Origin: Octopus vulgaris
Lineage: Eukaryota
Direction of reading: 5' to 3'
DNA: 64,000 bases
Assembly (NCBI GenBank): GCA_951406725.2
Contig: OX597815.1
Location: 95,604,001 to 95,668,000, forward strand
The notes under the pieces were generated by a model. That model had not been told where the DNA came from and made no database searches. It saw only the letters and a list, made by a program, of their open reading frames with translations. The position numbers were made by a program, and so were the translations under genes. How positions within the stretch are numbered: position 1 is the first letter of the stretch; each line of letters starts with the position of its first letter. Of the stretch, positions 38,689-50,360 are shown piece after piece.

Positions 38689-39933
38689 CTAATAATACAT
38701 ATCGTCCTCGAAATAGCTTGTGCCCGCGCCCTCCACCATCAACCACGCCTCCCTCAGAACGTAGTCAAGTTCCGAGTTCGCGTCGCCCGGGACCAAGTTA
38801 TAGTCTTCATTGAGCTCCTTTAGCCCTAGCGTCACGTCGAACGCCACGGCCTCCACAGCTACCTGCGGAGGCCATTCGGGGTCCTGTGTGAAGGCTAAAG
38901 GTGCTCCCTTGTAGTGCTCTTCCATCACTTTTTCAATTTCTCCTCCTCTATAGAAGAGGACCAATACATTCAGTTCTTTCGTTGGCGGCACAGTTTCCGC
39001 CAACGGTATTCCTTCTCTTGTCGGTGGCACAACCCCAACCGACGTAGTTCCGCAACATTCCGGTGCCACACTGACAGCCGGCAACGTCCCGTTTTTCTTC
39101 CTCTTTTTCTTTTTTTTTCCCTTTTCAACTGAGGGAGGGTGCGTCTCCTCCGTGGCTGGAAGATTCGCCCTCCTCTCCTCATCCCTATTATCCTTTGGTG
39201 AGCACCCATTGTTGCTCACCTTCCTCTTTCGGCCTCTGCTTGAGGAGTCCTCTGCTTTCTCGGCCGTTATCGTTCCCTCTTGTAGAGGGGTTTTACTTAA
39301 CTGTTCCGGGATCCTATTTTGTTCCCGAGGACAGTTCTTCTTTATGTGGCCGGACTCCAAGCACCGATGACACTTAGGGGGGCGACCCTCAAGCATCACC
39401 GGGTACCTGCACCCGGCCATTTTCAAAAAATCTGGAAAAACCAGATTGGCTGATTGGGTCCACAGGATCAAAACTGCTTTCGAGCCAACCCAAGCAGCCG
39501 CAGGAAGAACTTTTACATTGAGGAGCTTAGTTTCGCTGTCACCCAGACCCCGGCGGATAGTCTCCTCTATCCACTCGGGTTCTATGTCGGGTGGCAGTCC
39601 GCAGATCCAAGCTTTCATCAATTTCTTTTTTTTGTAAGTGGGCAGGAATAAGATTTCCTTACCCTCCAAGGGTTCGCTAGCAAATTTGCAAGCCTCTTCA
39701 GGGGTGTCAAACAGCAACCACACCGTTCCATATTTGACACCCCTGGAAATGAATTTAATTGTTGGCAAATACTCCTCCAACTCCTCCTCTATTGCCGTCT
39801 TTTCGAATAGGGCGATGGTGTCAAGTGCCTTGGAGTATGTTCTCAACACCACCGTCCTATCTTCACGGTCCTTCAACTACTTTTTGGGTGGTATGATTTC
39901 CCACTCCAAAACTTTGTTATTTTTCATTGCCAT
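38689..39933 (-). CDS. gag-like LINE ORF1 protein (putative RRM-like N-half, CCHC zinc knuckle, basic low-complexity tail); one in-frame TAG at codon 19
   Basis: ATG at 39933 gives MAMKNNKVLEWEIIPPKK*, in frame with the 395-aa ORF 38689-39876. Motifs are AWICGLPPDI, YPVMLEGRPPK-CHRCLESGHIKKNC (C-x2-C-x4-H-x4-C) and NLS-like RGRKRK / KGKKKKKRKK. Confidence 0.85.
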
Positions 39934-40579
39934 GTTTTTTAAAAAATATATTCAAATTAGACTCAAAAGCAGGAAGAAAAAAGTTCAAAAGTCTAAATAA
40001 ATTTGATAGATTTTTGAAAAAACAAAAAGGAGAAAGCACAACAGAAGGGAAGAAATTAACGGAAAGTCGCAATAAAGAAAAAACAAAGGGGGGGGGGGGG
40101 TAAATGAAATTCAAAAGAAAGTTAATAAACAGAAAAAACACAGCAAAAATATTCTGGCCTTGCGGTACTCCCGGCCTGGGTTGAACCTGGAACACCGCAA
40201 CTGCAACACAACCTCCACAAAAAGGTCCGAAAGGTAATCCAATAGTGGCTTATTTTTATACTTTTCTTGCGAAGTACTCTGACAAGGGAATAAATTCAAC
40301 AAATCCAAACACAGCACTGGCTACCGCCAACGGTGATTTTAACAGTAACTGTATTGAATTCTGAGGATACGCCCCTCCACTGTTTTTTCTTTTTTTTTTC
40401 AATGAACACAAAAACGGCAGCCGCCTAGAGCAGGCGAAATTGTCTCAGAGTTGGACACAACTTACTGAAATAATAATTGGCACGCAATAAATTATGCCCA
40501 ACTCACAATAAACAAAATCACTTACCTCGACAACTTTCCGTTTTTTGTCTTTTTTCTTTAATTGGACGGAGCTAATTGA

Positions 40580-40620
40580 CTCGCGTCCACTCTCGCTGAA
40601 CAGGAAGCAACTGACTAATT
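40580..40620 (-). promoter_or_regulatory. Putative internal Pol II promoter (Inr plus DPE-like) of the ORF1-only element
   Basis: Minus strand TTAGTCAGTT near the element 5' end, with GGACG about 25-29 nt downstream. Confidence 0.45.
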
Positions 40621-41539
40621 GCGCATGTGCGTTAGCAAGCTACTTACCACACAGCCACTCCTGCGCCTATAATATCTATATTCCGTAAACATTTCAAGTG
40701 AATGAATTAGATATTTCGTAAGTAAGGAGAAAATAAAGAAATATCCTTCCAAACTGCCACGGCCAAATGTTCAGGGTCTCTTAGAAAAACAATGAAAAAT
40801 AGAACAAGAACAAAAAAGAAACCCTTCCTATTAATATTTTGTGAACATCCATTTACTATTAATGGCCTCCTGACGTCCGTTGCCACAAGACTGAATGAAT
40901 TTCTTGCAAGATGATGGGGTAATATTGTTCTATTCGCTTTTCAACAATTCCCAGCGTTCATCGTGGTTCTTTATATTTCTCCTTCGCACCTTATCTCTAA
41001 CAATCTTCCAAACGTTTTCTATTTGGTTGAGATCCGGAAAAGATAAAATGCAAGTTGGCCTGAGCGAGATTGATATTCAGAATGCAATGCGCTTGAAGAA
41101 ATGCAGCGAAGTTTCTCTCTACTTGTTTAACTATTCATCTAGGTTTCTGCATTGTGATAGATAGTGATGTGATAGGCTAGATGGGCCTCAAAACTCAGAT
41201 TACTGTTTGAGTGGCGGTTGACATTTCAAGTACATGGAAAATGTATGGGAAAAATGAAATGAAGAGGGCACGATAATAAACAAGAATTTCAATATTTTGA
41301 GCTCCCCTATATTAGTAGGCCTGTGTGATATTCGTATAGGTTTACTTCTACAGGTGGTCTCCAAATTTGCCAATCGTTGAATTTCAAGTTCACACTGATG
41401 ACGAAAAGGCACATGTCACTCCCAACTTATTTTCTGGAATAAACGGGCACCCCTGTGCCTATTCTCTCCCTTTCCTAAAATAATCTGCCTTTTCAATGGC
41501 TCACTGGAGATGAATACTTCTTCAACATCATTGAAGAGT

Positions 41540-41706
41540 TAATAGAAGAGTTAATTGAGTTTGTCTGTCTAAATTGCGAGGATGATCCGGTCCTTGACTG
41601 AGGATAGAAAGCATTGAATGACCCGTCCTTGTTTTCTTTGTATTGTCTGGATGTTTTCTTGACCCTTTTTGTATCACCTAGCTGTTCTGCATTCTTGTCC
41701 CATTTC

Positions 41707-41707
<1 letters not shown>
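41540..41707 (+). repeat. Short unclassified interspersed repeat ending at (TA)n (also at 45051-45251)
   Basis: Both copies share AAATTGCGAGGATGATCCGGT.CTTGACTGAGGAT...CCCTTTTTGTATCACCTAGCTGT...TTCTTGTCCCATT. Confidence 0.8.
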
Positions 41708-41760
<53 letters not shown>

Positions 41761-42179
41761 TGATGTATATCTGTATACATATATATATTTATATTTGTAT
41801 TTACAGAGAAATAAATAAATAAAGATGTATGAATATAATATGTACATACACCAATATATACGAGCATACATACTACATGAAACAAACAAACATACATATA
41901 TACCTAGTAGTTTTTAATCTTACAACTGATACTGCTCTTTTATAAAGGACATATTTATAATCTCATGAAAAGACGCATCAGCATGAATGTGTATTGTATA
42001 ATTTTGTTAAAACCCTTACATATCCATTCACTGAAGATATAATTGAAATAAATTCGAATTTGTACTGGTCTCAATATAACGATTGTTTAAATATATGTTT
42101 TACATTTGATAATATGATATAAAATTTATAGCACTGTATACGTGTGTGACTTTTGTATGTATGCATGTATATAATTAAA

Positions 42180-42223
<44 letters not shown>

Positions 42224-44865
42224 TATATTTATATTCATTTATTGATTCCTCCTTTTGTTAATTATTTTAATATTTACATATCAAGTTAATGCTCGCCAGT
42301 ATGATGTATAGACATACGAATATACATTCAAATATTTTAGAACCAACGCATTAAAGCAATAAATAATGCACTCAAATAAAATCAAATTACAACTAGTTAA
42401 TTTCAAACGAGTTTGGAGTGATTATTCAAGTGTCTCGGAAATAAATAGTTTTCATTCTCCTTCTAATAGAATAATCTCACAATGTCACGACAAATAAAAC
42501 GAATAGAAAATCCTTTAAGAAAAATTAAGTGTTTCGAAAATATTTCGTGTTTGAAGTATCAGCGTACCATTAATAATATATCCTTACGTGCTCAATGAGC
42601 TATTATGGAACTCATACGTTTTTTAATTACGGATAGAGATTCGAAATTAATTGGACGACCACGAAATTTTCAATGAAAATATATGTAATTAAAACCAACG
42701 GTGTAGTTATTCGATGCGTTAACAGAACACCGCAGGTTAGAAATGTTTTCTAATAAATGTTAAAAAGTTAGAATTGTCTGCTATACATTTTACTGTCGGA
42801 AAAAAACAACCACTGAAATAGCAAAACAATTACTTAGACTAGTTAGTCCAAATCAATTATAAATGGAATCACGACATCTCTTCTAACTCTAGTGTTGCAT
42901 TTTGATCGAACCATTGGGACAAGTCTAAGTGAAATGTCAATGAATATGTCAAGAGTCATGTTAATATTATTGTATCAATACTGTATTCACAAACGTATTC
43001 TTGAGGCTCACATCAATGAGTCACACACTGCAATATATGATACATATTATAACAAATGTTTGTGTGAATGTGTTTAGATGTGTTTGTGCACTGCGTTTCT
43101 ATAAATATGCCTCTGTGTGAGTGCGGGTGTGTGCTTTTCTATACGTCTATCTTGTTTGTTTGGGGGCTTATAAATGTGCGAATTACTACTAATAACAACA
43201 AAATTTTCAGTATACACTTACAAGTTTCGCCTCACTCCGCTAAGCATACACATTTCGGAAATGTTGTGCAGTCGCTAGCTTTGGTTTTACCTTATGTATC
43301 TGGTATGTCTTGCAGATTATTTCGCATTGAGTTAATAGGTTTTCTGTTTCTTTCCTCTTTAACATGCCTTTTTTTCCCATTTCATTTTATTAAACATCTA
43401 AGTTTCTCTGCCATATGAATTTATTCGTTCAACGCAATTTGTTTCAGTTTCGTATTTCATCGTTTCCACGTATTTGTGTGTGATGTGTGTACGTGTGCGT
43501 GATGTGTCTGTGTTGAGCGCGCGTTTTGAAAATTCTTTATTACATTTATCAGTAATTGAGTATTTCGTTTGCATATTCCTAGTTTCACTCGAGCTGTTTC
43601 ATATTTTTGCATAAAAAATGTGCGCAGGGTACGAATATTATGTTATATTCCGAGTGGGGTTGTGATTTCGGCACGCTGTCAGTTGTTTCATCAATATTTT
43701 TCTCTAATTTATCAAATTCAAACTTTTATAATGAAGGTGTATATCATAACTAGCATGACTAACGTATTTATAAATATTACCTTATATCATCCACAGTGGT
43801 TAGATGTTTTAAAAGATTAGTATAACTTCTCTGTATATTTTCTTTCATTTCCATGTGTTTTATTTTTCATCTGAGAATACCAAACGAGTGTTCTTCTTCA
43901 TTTTGACACTCATGTATAGACTTGCTTCCGTTATCTTCGTGCAACATAGTTTAATCAGTATTTTCTAATTTTGTAATATGCAAGGTAATGGTCCAAAGTA
44001 ACCCATGTTTATGTAAGTTAAACGTAGTCGAAATTATTATATTCAATAGCATGTCACCAAATGGCGCTGTACTAATAGTATATCATATATAAGAGAATAT
44101 TTCTAGTAGGATCAAACGTAAAATTTAGCAATAGTTTCTTGGATTTTAAAATTGTTTATCGCATATATCCTTTATGAAGTACATATTTGTATACGTTGGG
44201 AATGTGAAAGTACGTTATGTTAGCTAGCAACTGACCTGCAAGTAAATAAATGAAAATGTCCTCTATCGCATATATTATAACTTACATGCACAATAACACA
44301 ATTAACAAATATACATTCATAAAAACACATATGTGTATATACATATATAAGTACACGTATAGTTTGAGTATAAGCACATATATATTTACACACATACATA
44401 AATATACTCTCATACCCACACAAGTCCATATATCCTGAACACAGATAATATATACACATACACACATGCACACACATGCAGCACGCATAAACACACAACA
44501 CACACACAGGTACTTTACACACGCACACACACATTACACACACGCACTCACATATATTATATACGCACACTCACACCTTACACAGGCACACACATAATAC
44601 ACACGCGCACATGCACAGACACACACGTCACACTCACTTACCCCATTCACATATACATACTTACACACTCACACACACCAATTTCACATACGCATGCGTA
44701 TAGGCACCTTCTCTTTGTGGGATCACCATGAATTATCTCCCCTTCATTCAACCTCTCTTTATTGTTGTCTCAACTTTCATTTAAAGTCTTTTTTCCCAAT
44801 CAATTGCTACGTTAGGCCACTGAACTAAACACCTTTTTGTTCATTCTTTATTTATTTCCTCTTTT

Positions 44866-44902
44866 TTTTCTGTCGAAGAGCGTAGACTCGAAATGTAAAA
44901 GA
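44866..44902 (+). ncRNA. Hammerhead-like motif with A6U core
   Basis: TTTT-CTGTCGA-A-GAGC-GTAG-ACTC-GAAA-TG-TA-AAAG. Same architecture as 12368-12404. Confidence 0.45.
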
Positions 44903-44985
44903 CTTTTCCGTTTCCGAGTCCAAAGATATTATACTTGCTTGTTGTTCTTACACCTAATTTCTATAAAACACACACACACACATAC

Positions 44986-45043
<58 letters not shown>

Positions 45044-45050
45044 TCTTAAC

Positions 45051-45251
45051 TTAGTTTTTCCTTGGGGCTGGCCCGATTGGAGTAATCTCAAGGTTAATCA
45101 GCCGAAATTGCGAGGATGATCCGGTTCTTGACTGAGGATGGAGAGATTCGAATAACGCGTCCTTGATTTCTTTGTATCGTCTATCTGGATGAGTTGGTTT
45201 TTCCCTTTTTGTATCACCTAGCTGTCCGGGTGTTTTGCGTTCTTGTCCCAT
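45051..45251 (+). repeat. Short unclassified interspersed repeat (second copy)
   Basis: Homologous to 41540-41707 and flanked by (TA)n. Confidence 0.8.
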
Positions 45252-45271
45252 TATATATATATATATATATA

Positions 45272-46526
45272 CCAGACGATGATCGCTGCCGGTGTTGAAT
45301 GGCGTCACGACGGAGACGTCATGTAATATACGTCGCTTATCAACCAGGATGTAGTCGATCTCGCTTTGATGCTTTAGTTCTTCCGGAAGCCTGCTTGTTC
45401 CCTCGGTTGTTGTTCGTCGAGACGACGAGATAACCTGTTCAGAATAATCTTTGCGTTGCGTTTATAGACTATGAGAATGCCTTCGATAGCGTCGAAACCA
45501 ACGCAGTGCTGAACTCGCTGCAGAGGCAAGGAGTCGAAGCGCAATATGTGCAGCTGCTCAGATAGGCAAATTCCGGATGCACCACCGACATAGCTCTACT
45601 GTCATCACCCATACGAGTGCCGGTCGAGAAGGGAGTGAAGCAAGGAGATACAATCTCCCCAAAACTTTTCACTTCATGTCTCGAACAGATCATCAGAGGC
45701 ATCGACTGGCAAGGTGGTGTCAACATCAATGGCGAACTCCTCACCCACCTCCGTTTCGCTGACAACATCGTACTCATCGCTGAAAACAGGGATCAGCTTC
45801 AGATCATGCTGACGGAGCTCGACATCAAAAGCTCTGCAGTAAGTCTCAAGATGAACCGCATGAAAACAAAGTTCATGCGGTCAGACAACGTACCAACAGG
45901 TCGAATGGTGATCGGCAGTGATGAAATAGAGGAAGTAAGGGAATATGTCTACCTGTGACAGGAAGTAAATATGTGCCGAGATATCGAAAAGGAGATCTCA
46001 ATGAGAGTAAGGGCCGGATGGAAGGCGTTCAATGGCATAAGGGATGTGCTTAAGGGAAGGTTGGACAGGACCACCCGCGCCAACCTCATTAACAGTGCAG
46101 TTCTGCTTGCAATGTTATATGGTAGTGAAACATGGGCTACCACAAAGAGAGAAGAGCAAAGACTGGTAACGGCTCAAAGAACCATGGAAAGGTTAATGCA
46201 GGGTATCTCGTTGAGAGAGCACATAAATAGCGAGATCATCAGAAAGAAGTCCGTCGTGAGAGATGTCATCGCAGAGTATACACGCAGCAAGTATAGGTGG
46301 GCTGGACACGTCGCCCGGCTCACCGATAATCGCTGGACGCACGCAGTTGTCGAGTGGTACCCGCGCGAGCGGATAAGACCACCCGGAAGACCTCCACGAC
46401 GGTGGACTTACGATTTCAGGTGACGATTGGGATCACGTGGATGAGAAAGGCGCGATCCAGAGAGGAATGGACAGCGTGCTGTGATCAGCGGTGTCAAATG
46501 GACGCATGACGGACTGGTCGGTCAAG

Positions 46527-46530
<4 letters not shown>
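45272..46530 (+). mobile_element. RTE-clade LINE, 5'-truncated with inverted 5' segments, in a (TA)n tract
   Basis: Plus strand: AFIDYENAFDSVE, KGVKQGDTISPKLF, HLRFADNIVL, EYVYL, MLYGSETW, RWAGHVARLTDNRWT, RPPGRPPRRW. Minus-strand RT and APE pieces lie at 45272-45451. Confidence 0.93.
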
Positions 46531-46601
<71 letters not shown>

Positions 46602-46899
46602 GTATATATAGCGGTGTACGTACACTTTGTTCTCTTATATGTAAGTACACATTTTACAAAATCTTGTACAATTCTATTTCTATCAACCCTTTCACGCTTA
46701 TTCGTTCATTTCACTCTTCGTTCTTTCGTTCCCCTTCTCTCACATGTTTTGCCTTCTCTTCTTACTTTCCCTCCACTTTTCACTTCACGCTACAAACGAC
46801 GGATGCAGTGCTATTTGCAACTATCGAGCAACAAAATATTTTAGGTGTGGCCCAAAAAATGGTGTTGCAGCTAGCAAGGGTGCAAACACGACTAAGCCA

Positions 46900-48405
46900 A
46901 ACACACCCACCAACAAAACCGCTACATATAACAGACCTAGGATGGCTACCAGTCCCGCAAAGCCGACAATCACAAAGCCGACAATATTCTCTTAAATATT
47001 AGAGGACTCTTACAAAGCTACAGCAATCGAAAGATTCCATATCTGAGGGATCTTTCTGTATACAATCGAGATATGCATTGCACTTACAAAGACACATTTC
47101 TCTGCAGATGTAAATAACGCCGAGATGCACATACCAAAGTACGCAGTGTTCGGCGCAGGCAGAAGTGGGATAAGTGCCGGTGGAGTTGCATTGTGCATCA
47201 GCGAAGATGTTCCACCTCCAAACTTGTTGTTACACTCAAACTCGATATGTGACACTCATAGTGCATTTAATGCAACTTGATGTGATGATATACACACACT
47301 ATCACACACCTGATGCCTCAAATCACAATGGTAAACTTGAAGGCAGTCTTGCAATGATAAAAGAAGTGCTAATATAACTGGATCAAAGTATTAATATACA
47401 TCTGATGGGTGACTTTAACTTACCAACTTCAAATGGCCCGATGATCACATAACCTCACAAATGACAAAGAGCGTTCAAAGCAGAAACTCCACTTGACTTC
47501 ACAAAAATGATATTCATGGAGCAAACAATACTCTCCACAACCAAGAATGATAACATTTGACCTTGTTTCACCAAGAATATGGGTCTTATCCCCAACTTGA
47601 AAATAACACCAACAATCCTCTCAGATAAATGATGGATTTAACACAGGCGCACCCAAATCCTGTCTAATCTAAGCTTCTACAAGGCTCACTGGAAGTCAAT
47701 TGTAAAATGGAATATTCAGCAAAATTGGCCTAAAAATTCATCTATTCAAGACATTGATATGGAACTTGAAAAATTCATATCAATAAAGCGAGCCATATGC
47801 ATTAGATTTATTCCAGAGAATTGAGCAACTGCATAAAAAACATCATTTCTTCAGTCAGGAGAGTCCTTATGAGAGAGAGAAAATAAAGATATCAATCGCT
47901 TAAATAAACAACATATTGACAATGAGAAACTCATCCTAGAAGAGAGACTTTTAGTGATAGGAAATAAACTAAGACTCTCACATGTAAAGCAATGTGTAGA
48001 AAGAAAAAACCAGGGCTGTGGAAAATAAGTGCCAAAGTCTTCTAGAAGTTCGCAAAAGAATCTGACTCAATGCACTACAGGATAGCTGAAGTACTAGAAC
48101 AAGCAATTCCAGGGTGTCTTCTCCATCGGGAAGATTGCAAGTGGGTGAGCCTAAAGGGTTCTTCAACGCTCCAGACCCTAGATGAGAAAAAAGCAAGTAT
48201 CGATTATATCGACATAAAATAGGAAGCTGTAATATCGGCAACTGATGATATGAGCTCAAACTCAGCAACGGGCAAGGATGGGTTTCCGTCTGTTTTCCAA
48301 AAAACATGCAAGATATCTCCCGCAAAACCACTGCAGATATTTTTAAGAGTTTCCTTTCGACTTTGCCAACGTTTTTGGCAATGTTGATCATGGGATGACA
48401 TATCA
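46900..48405 (+). mobile_element. CR1-like LINE ORF2 5' part (APE endonuclease to start of RT), decayed
   Basis: IALTKTHFSADVNNAEMHIPKYAVFGAGRSGISAGGVALCI, LMGDFNLP and MSSNSATGKDGFPSVFQKTCKISPAKPLQIF. Confidence 0.8.
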
Positions 48406-48414
48406 CAAACTACG

Positions 48415-48945
48415 CGAACTTGGTATTACTGGAAAGATATTGAAACTGTAAGTCACGACTGGTATGGCTAAAGCATTGATCGCTTCGATCCTGTTTCTCG
48501 CATTCAGCTGTCTTGAGTATTACTCTTACTCTGCAATAACATTCTCTCCTGATCCTTTCCTTCATCACTGGATGCTTGATTCCGTCCCCTTCAATTACCC
48601 CAAGGTGTTTGAAGCTCTCCGCTGGGTCTAACTCTTTTATGGCATTCTGCTGGTCAAGGTTAACGTTACATGTTTCTGTCATTTTTCCTTTGATAAAGGT
48701 AGCTTTTGCACATTTATCGAGACCAAATTGCATTATGATGTCATCACTGAATTGTTTAACAATGCCATGGTAGACGGTCGTAAGAACTTCTTTATTATCT
48801 TCCCTAGACCATTTTTAATTCTTTTTCTTTTGGTTATTTGATGACGGGCATGAATGGCCATCTGTTGGAATATTCCGGTTGTGGGGTACTTCCAGCTCCT
48901 GTATGTTGGTAACATTTGAATAAGTAGCTGATCTTCCAATTCGAA
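48415..48945 (-). mobile_element. R4/Dong-type LINE fragment, N-terminus joined to late RT
   Basis: An N-terminal KWSREDNKEVL-like motif (about 48815-48780) abuts KQFSDDIIMQFGLDKCAKATFIKGK...FKHLGV...MKERIRRECYCRVR. Confidence 0.8.
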
Positions 48946-49476
48946 TCTAGTTCAACATTCGAGTATGTGGTCTTTTGTAATACGGTCGATGACCAATCCG
49001 GTTTGTAATTTGTTTTGTAAACAGTGAAGCATGACGAGTTTCGACATTGACATCAGGAGACGGATCTGTCTTTTTAGGGTTAATTTTTTGCGACCACACC
49101 GTCTTCGTGTTCTCTGCATATAAACATTGTTCATATCGTAGCTTCTTAAGGCTAGCAGATCTGCATTCGTCAGTAATTTTTGTGTTGATAAATTTATCTC
49201 CGAACATAGTTTTTTTGTGGTGTTTTTAAACTTATGAATTGTTCACTCTGGTAGTGTGGTCTGTGTTAGTTCGACTATACCTCCGTCTCTAATACTTATA
49301 TCTATATAAGAATGAAAATAAAAAAAGGAAAATGTTTTGATTTTGTTTTTGCTTCCTTTGTGATGCGTGCTTTCATATGCGTGAGTGTGTGTCCTGTAAA
49401 TTGCACGTATTGGTGTAAACTTTGAGATCTATGTGTAGTCCTATGGGTATCAAAATATGTATATGATTGTGTAGAC

Positions 49477-49512
<36 letters not shown>

Positions 49513-50245
49513 GAACAGCTTCTAACGCTGGAGATGTACTGCGGTGTCTGCTGTTCACAACCAGTAAACTAAGGTAACGCCTTTTATTTTTCGAGCACCT
49601 TCCGGAGTATTCGGGCGTTTCCAAGCAGTTCTGTTTTCTGCCAGTGCTCCACCCTTATTGCAGCCCACGTATTTCTCGAGTTTTTGCTCACTCTTCCCAG
49701 GGCTCCGACAATTATTGGTGCTACTGCTACCTTTTCCATCGATCACAACTGCTTAATCTCCCAAGCTTTCTTTCTTATCGCATATCTTGTTGTCAGCTGG
49801 GTATGCTACATCTATGATACAGCATCGTTTGTTTCCTTTCTCAATTAAGACTATGTCTGGGTTCCTATTCTCTACCTCATGGTCGCACTGAATCATGAAA
49901 TCCTATAGGATCTTTGCATTTCTATTTTCGACGATGTCTTCAAGTGTTTGCTCATACCAATTTTTTTGCTCTGCCAAGTCCATACTTGTTGCAAAGTGTC
50001 TAATGGACAAGCCAGGCTATATTGTCGTAGCGTCTCTTATATTCCCTCTGGGCTAGTGGTGTACATTGGCTCGTAATATGCCATGCATTTCACTGTTTTG
50101 TCCACAGATTCTGCACTTCTCACTTTCTGCTGTGTTGTCAATTCTGTATGTTATGTAGTGTGTTGTTAGTGCTTGACTTTGGGCAGCACAGATTAGAGTA
50201 TATATTTCCGGTTTAAATCAATTTTAGTCATCTACGGTCATCTTT
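49477..50245 (-). mobile_element. R4/Dong-type LINE 3' fragment with (AAT)n tail
   Basis: Minus strand: ICAAQSQALTT, KCRICGQ, EYKRRYDNIA, AKIL*DFMIQCDHEVENRNPDIVLIEK...IIDVAYPADN. Ends in (AAT)n at 49477-49511. Confidence 0.88.
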
Positions 50246-50253
50246 TTTTCTCT

Positions 50254-50324
50254 GGGCATATGGCGTAGTGATTAAGAGCGCGGGCTACTGACCCCAAGAT
50301 ACTGAGTTCGATTTCAGGCAGTGA

Positions 50325-50358
<34 letters not shown>
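50254..50358 (+). mobile_element. tRNA-derived head plus (AAT)n; probable 5' half of a SINE split by Dong
   Basis: GGGCATATGGCGTAGTGATTAAGAGCGCGGGCTACTGACCCCAAGATACTGAGTTCGATTTCAGGCAGTGACC has A and B boxes and a tRNA-like length, then runs into (AAT)n. Confidence 0.8.

Positions 50359-50360
<2 letters not shown>

Larger units (their letters stand above)
38392..40630 (-). mobile_element. ORF1-only non-autonomous non-LTR retroposon (HAL1-like; ORF1 resembles Tx1/L1 group)
   Basis: 15-bp TSD GTTAGCAAGCTACTT at 38377-38391 and 40631-40645. About 700 bp of 5'UTR starting with an Inr-like TTAGTCAGTT, one ORF, and about 300 bp of 3'UTR ending at AATAAA. No RT or endonuclease sequence. Confidence 0.88.
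37998..40667 (-). mobile_element. SINE family A split into 37998-38391 (body) and 40631-40667 (head)
   Basis: The body ends ...ATGTGGCTGGTTAGCAAGCTACTT and the head resumes GTTAGCAAGCTACTTACCACACAGCCACTCCTGCGCC. Rejoining them gives an intact family A SINE. Confidence 0.93.
37890..41040 (-). mobile_element. Tc1-like element 3' part, split by the nested SINE and ORF1-only retroposon
   Basis: Minus strand 41040-40840 reads PDLNQIENVWKIVRDKVRRRNIKNHDERWELLKSE*NNITPSSCKKFIQS...FTKY*. A CAGTAGTGGCCATAATATAAGG TIR is at 37890. Linking the two parts is inference. Confidence 0.6.

Noticed and set aside
41200-41490. Possible PLE linker fragment on the minus strand
   Set aside because: No diagnostic RT or GIY-YIG motif is visible.
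50254-50327. Functional tRNA gene (likewise 37075-37146 and 57919-57990)
   Set aside because: The stems are imperfect, there is no oligo-T terminator, and each runs into repeat bodies. These are SINE heads.
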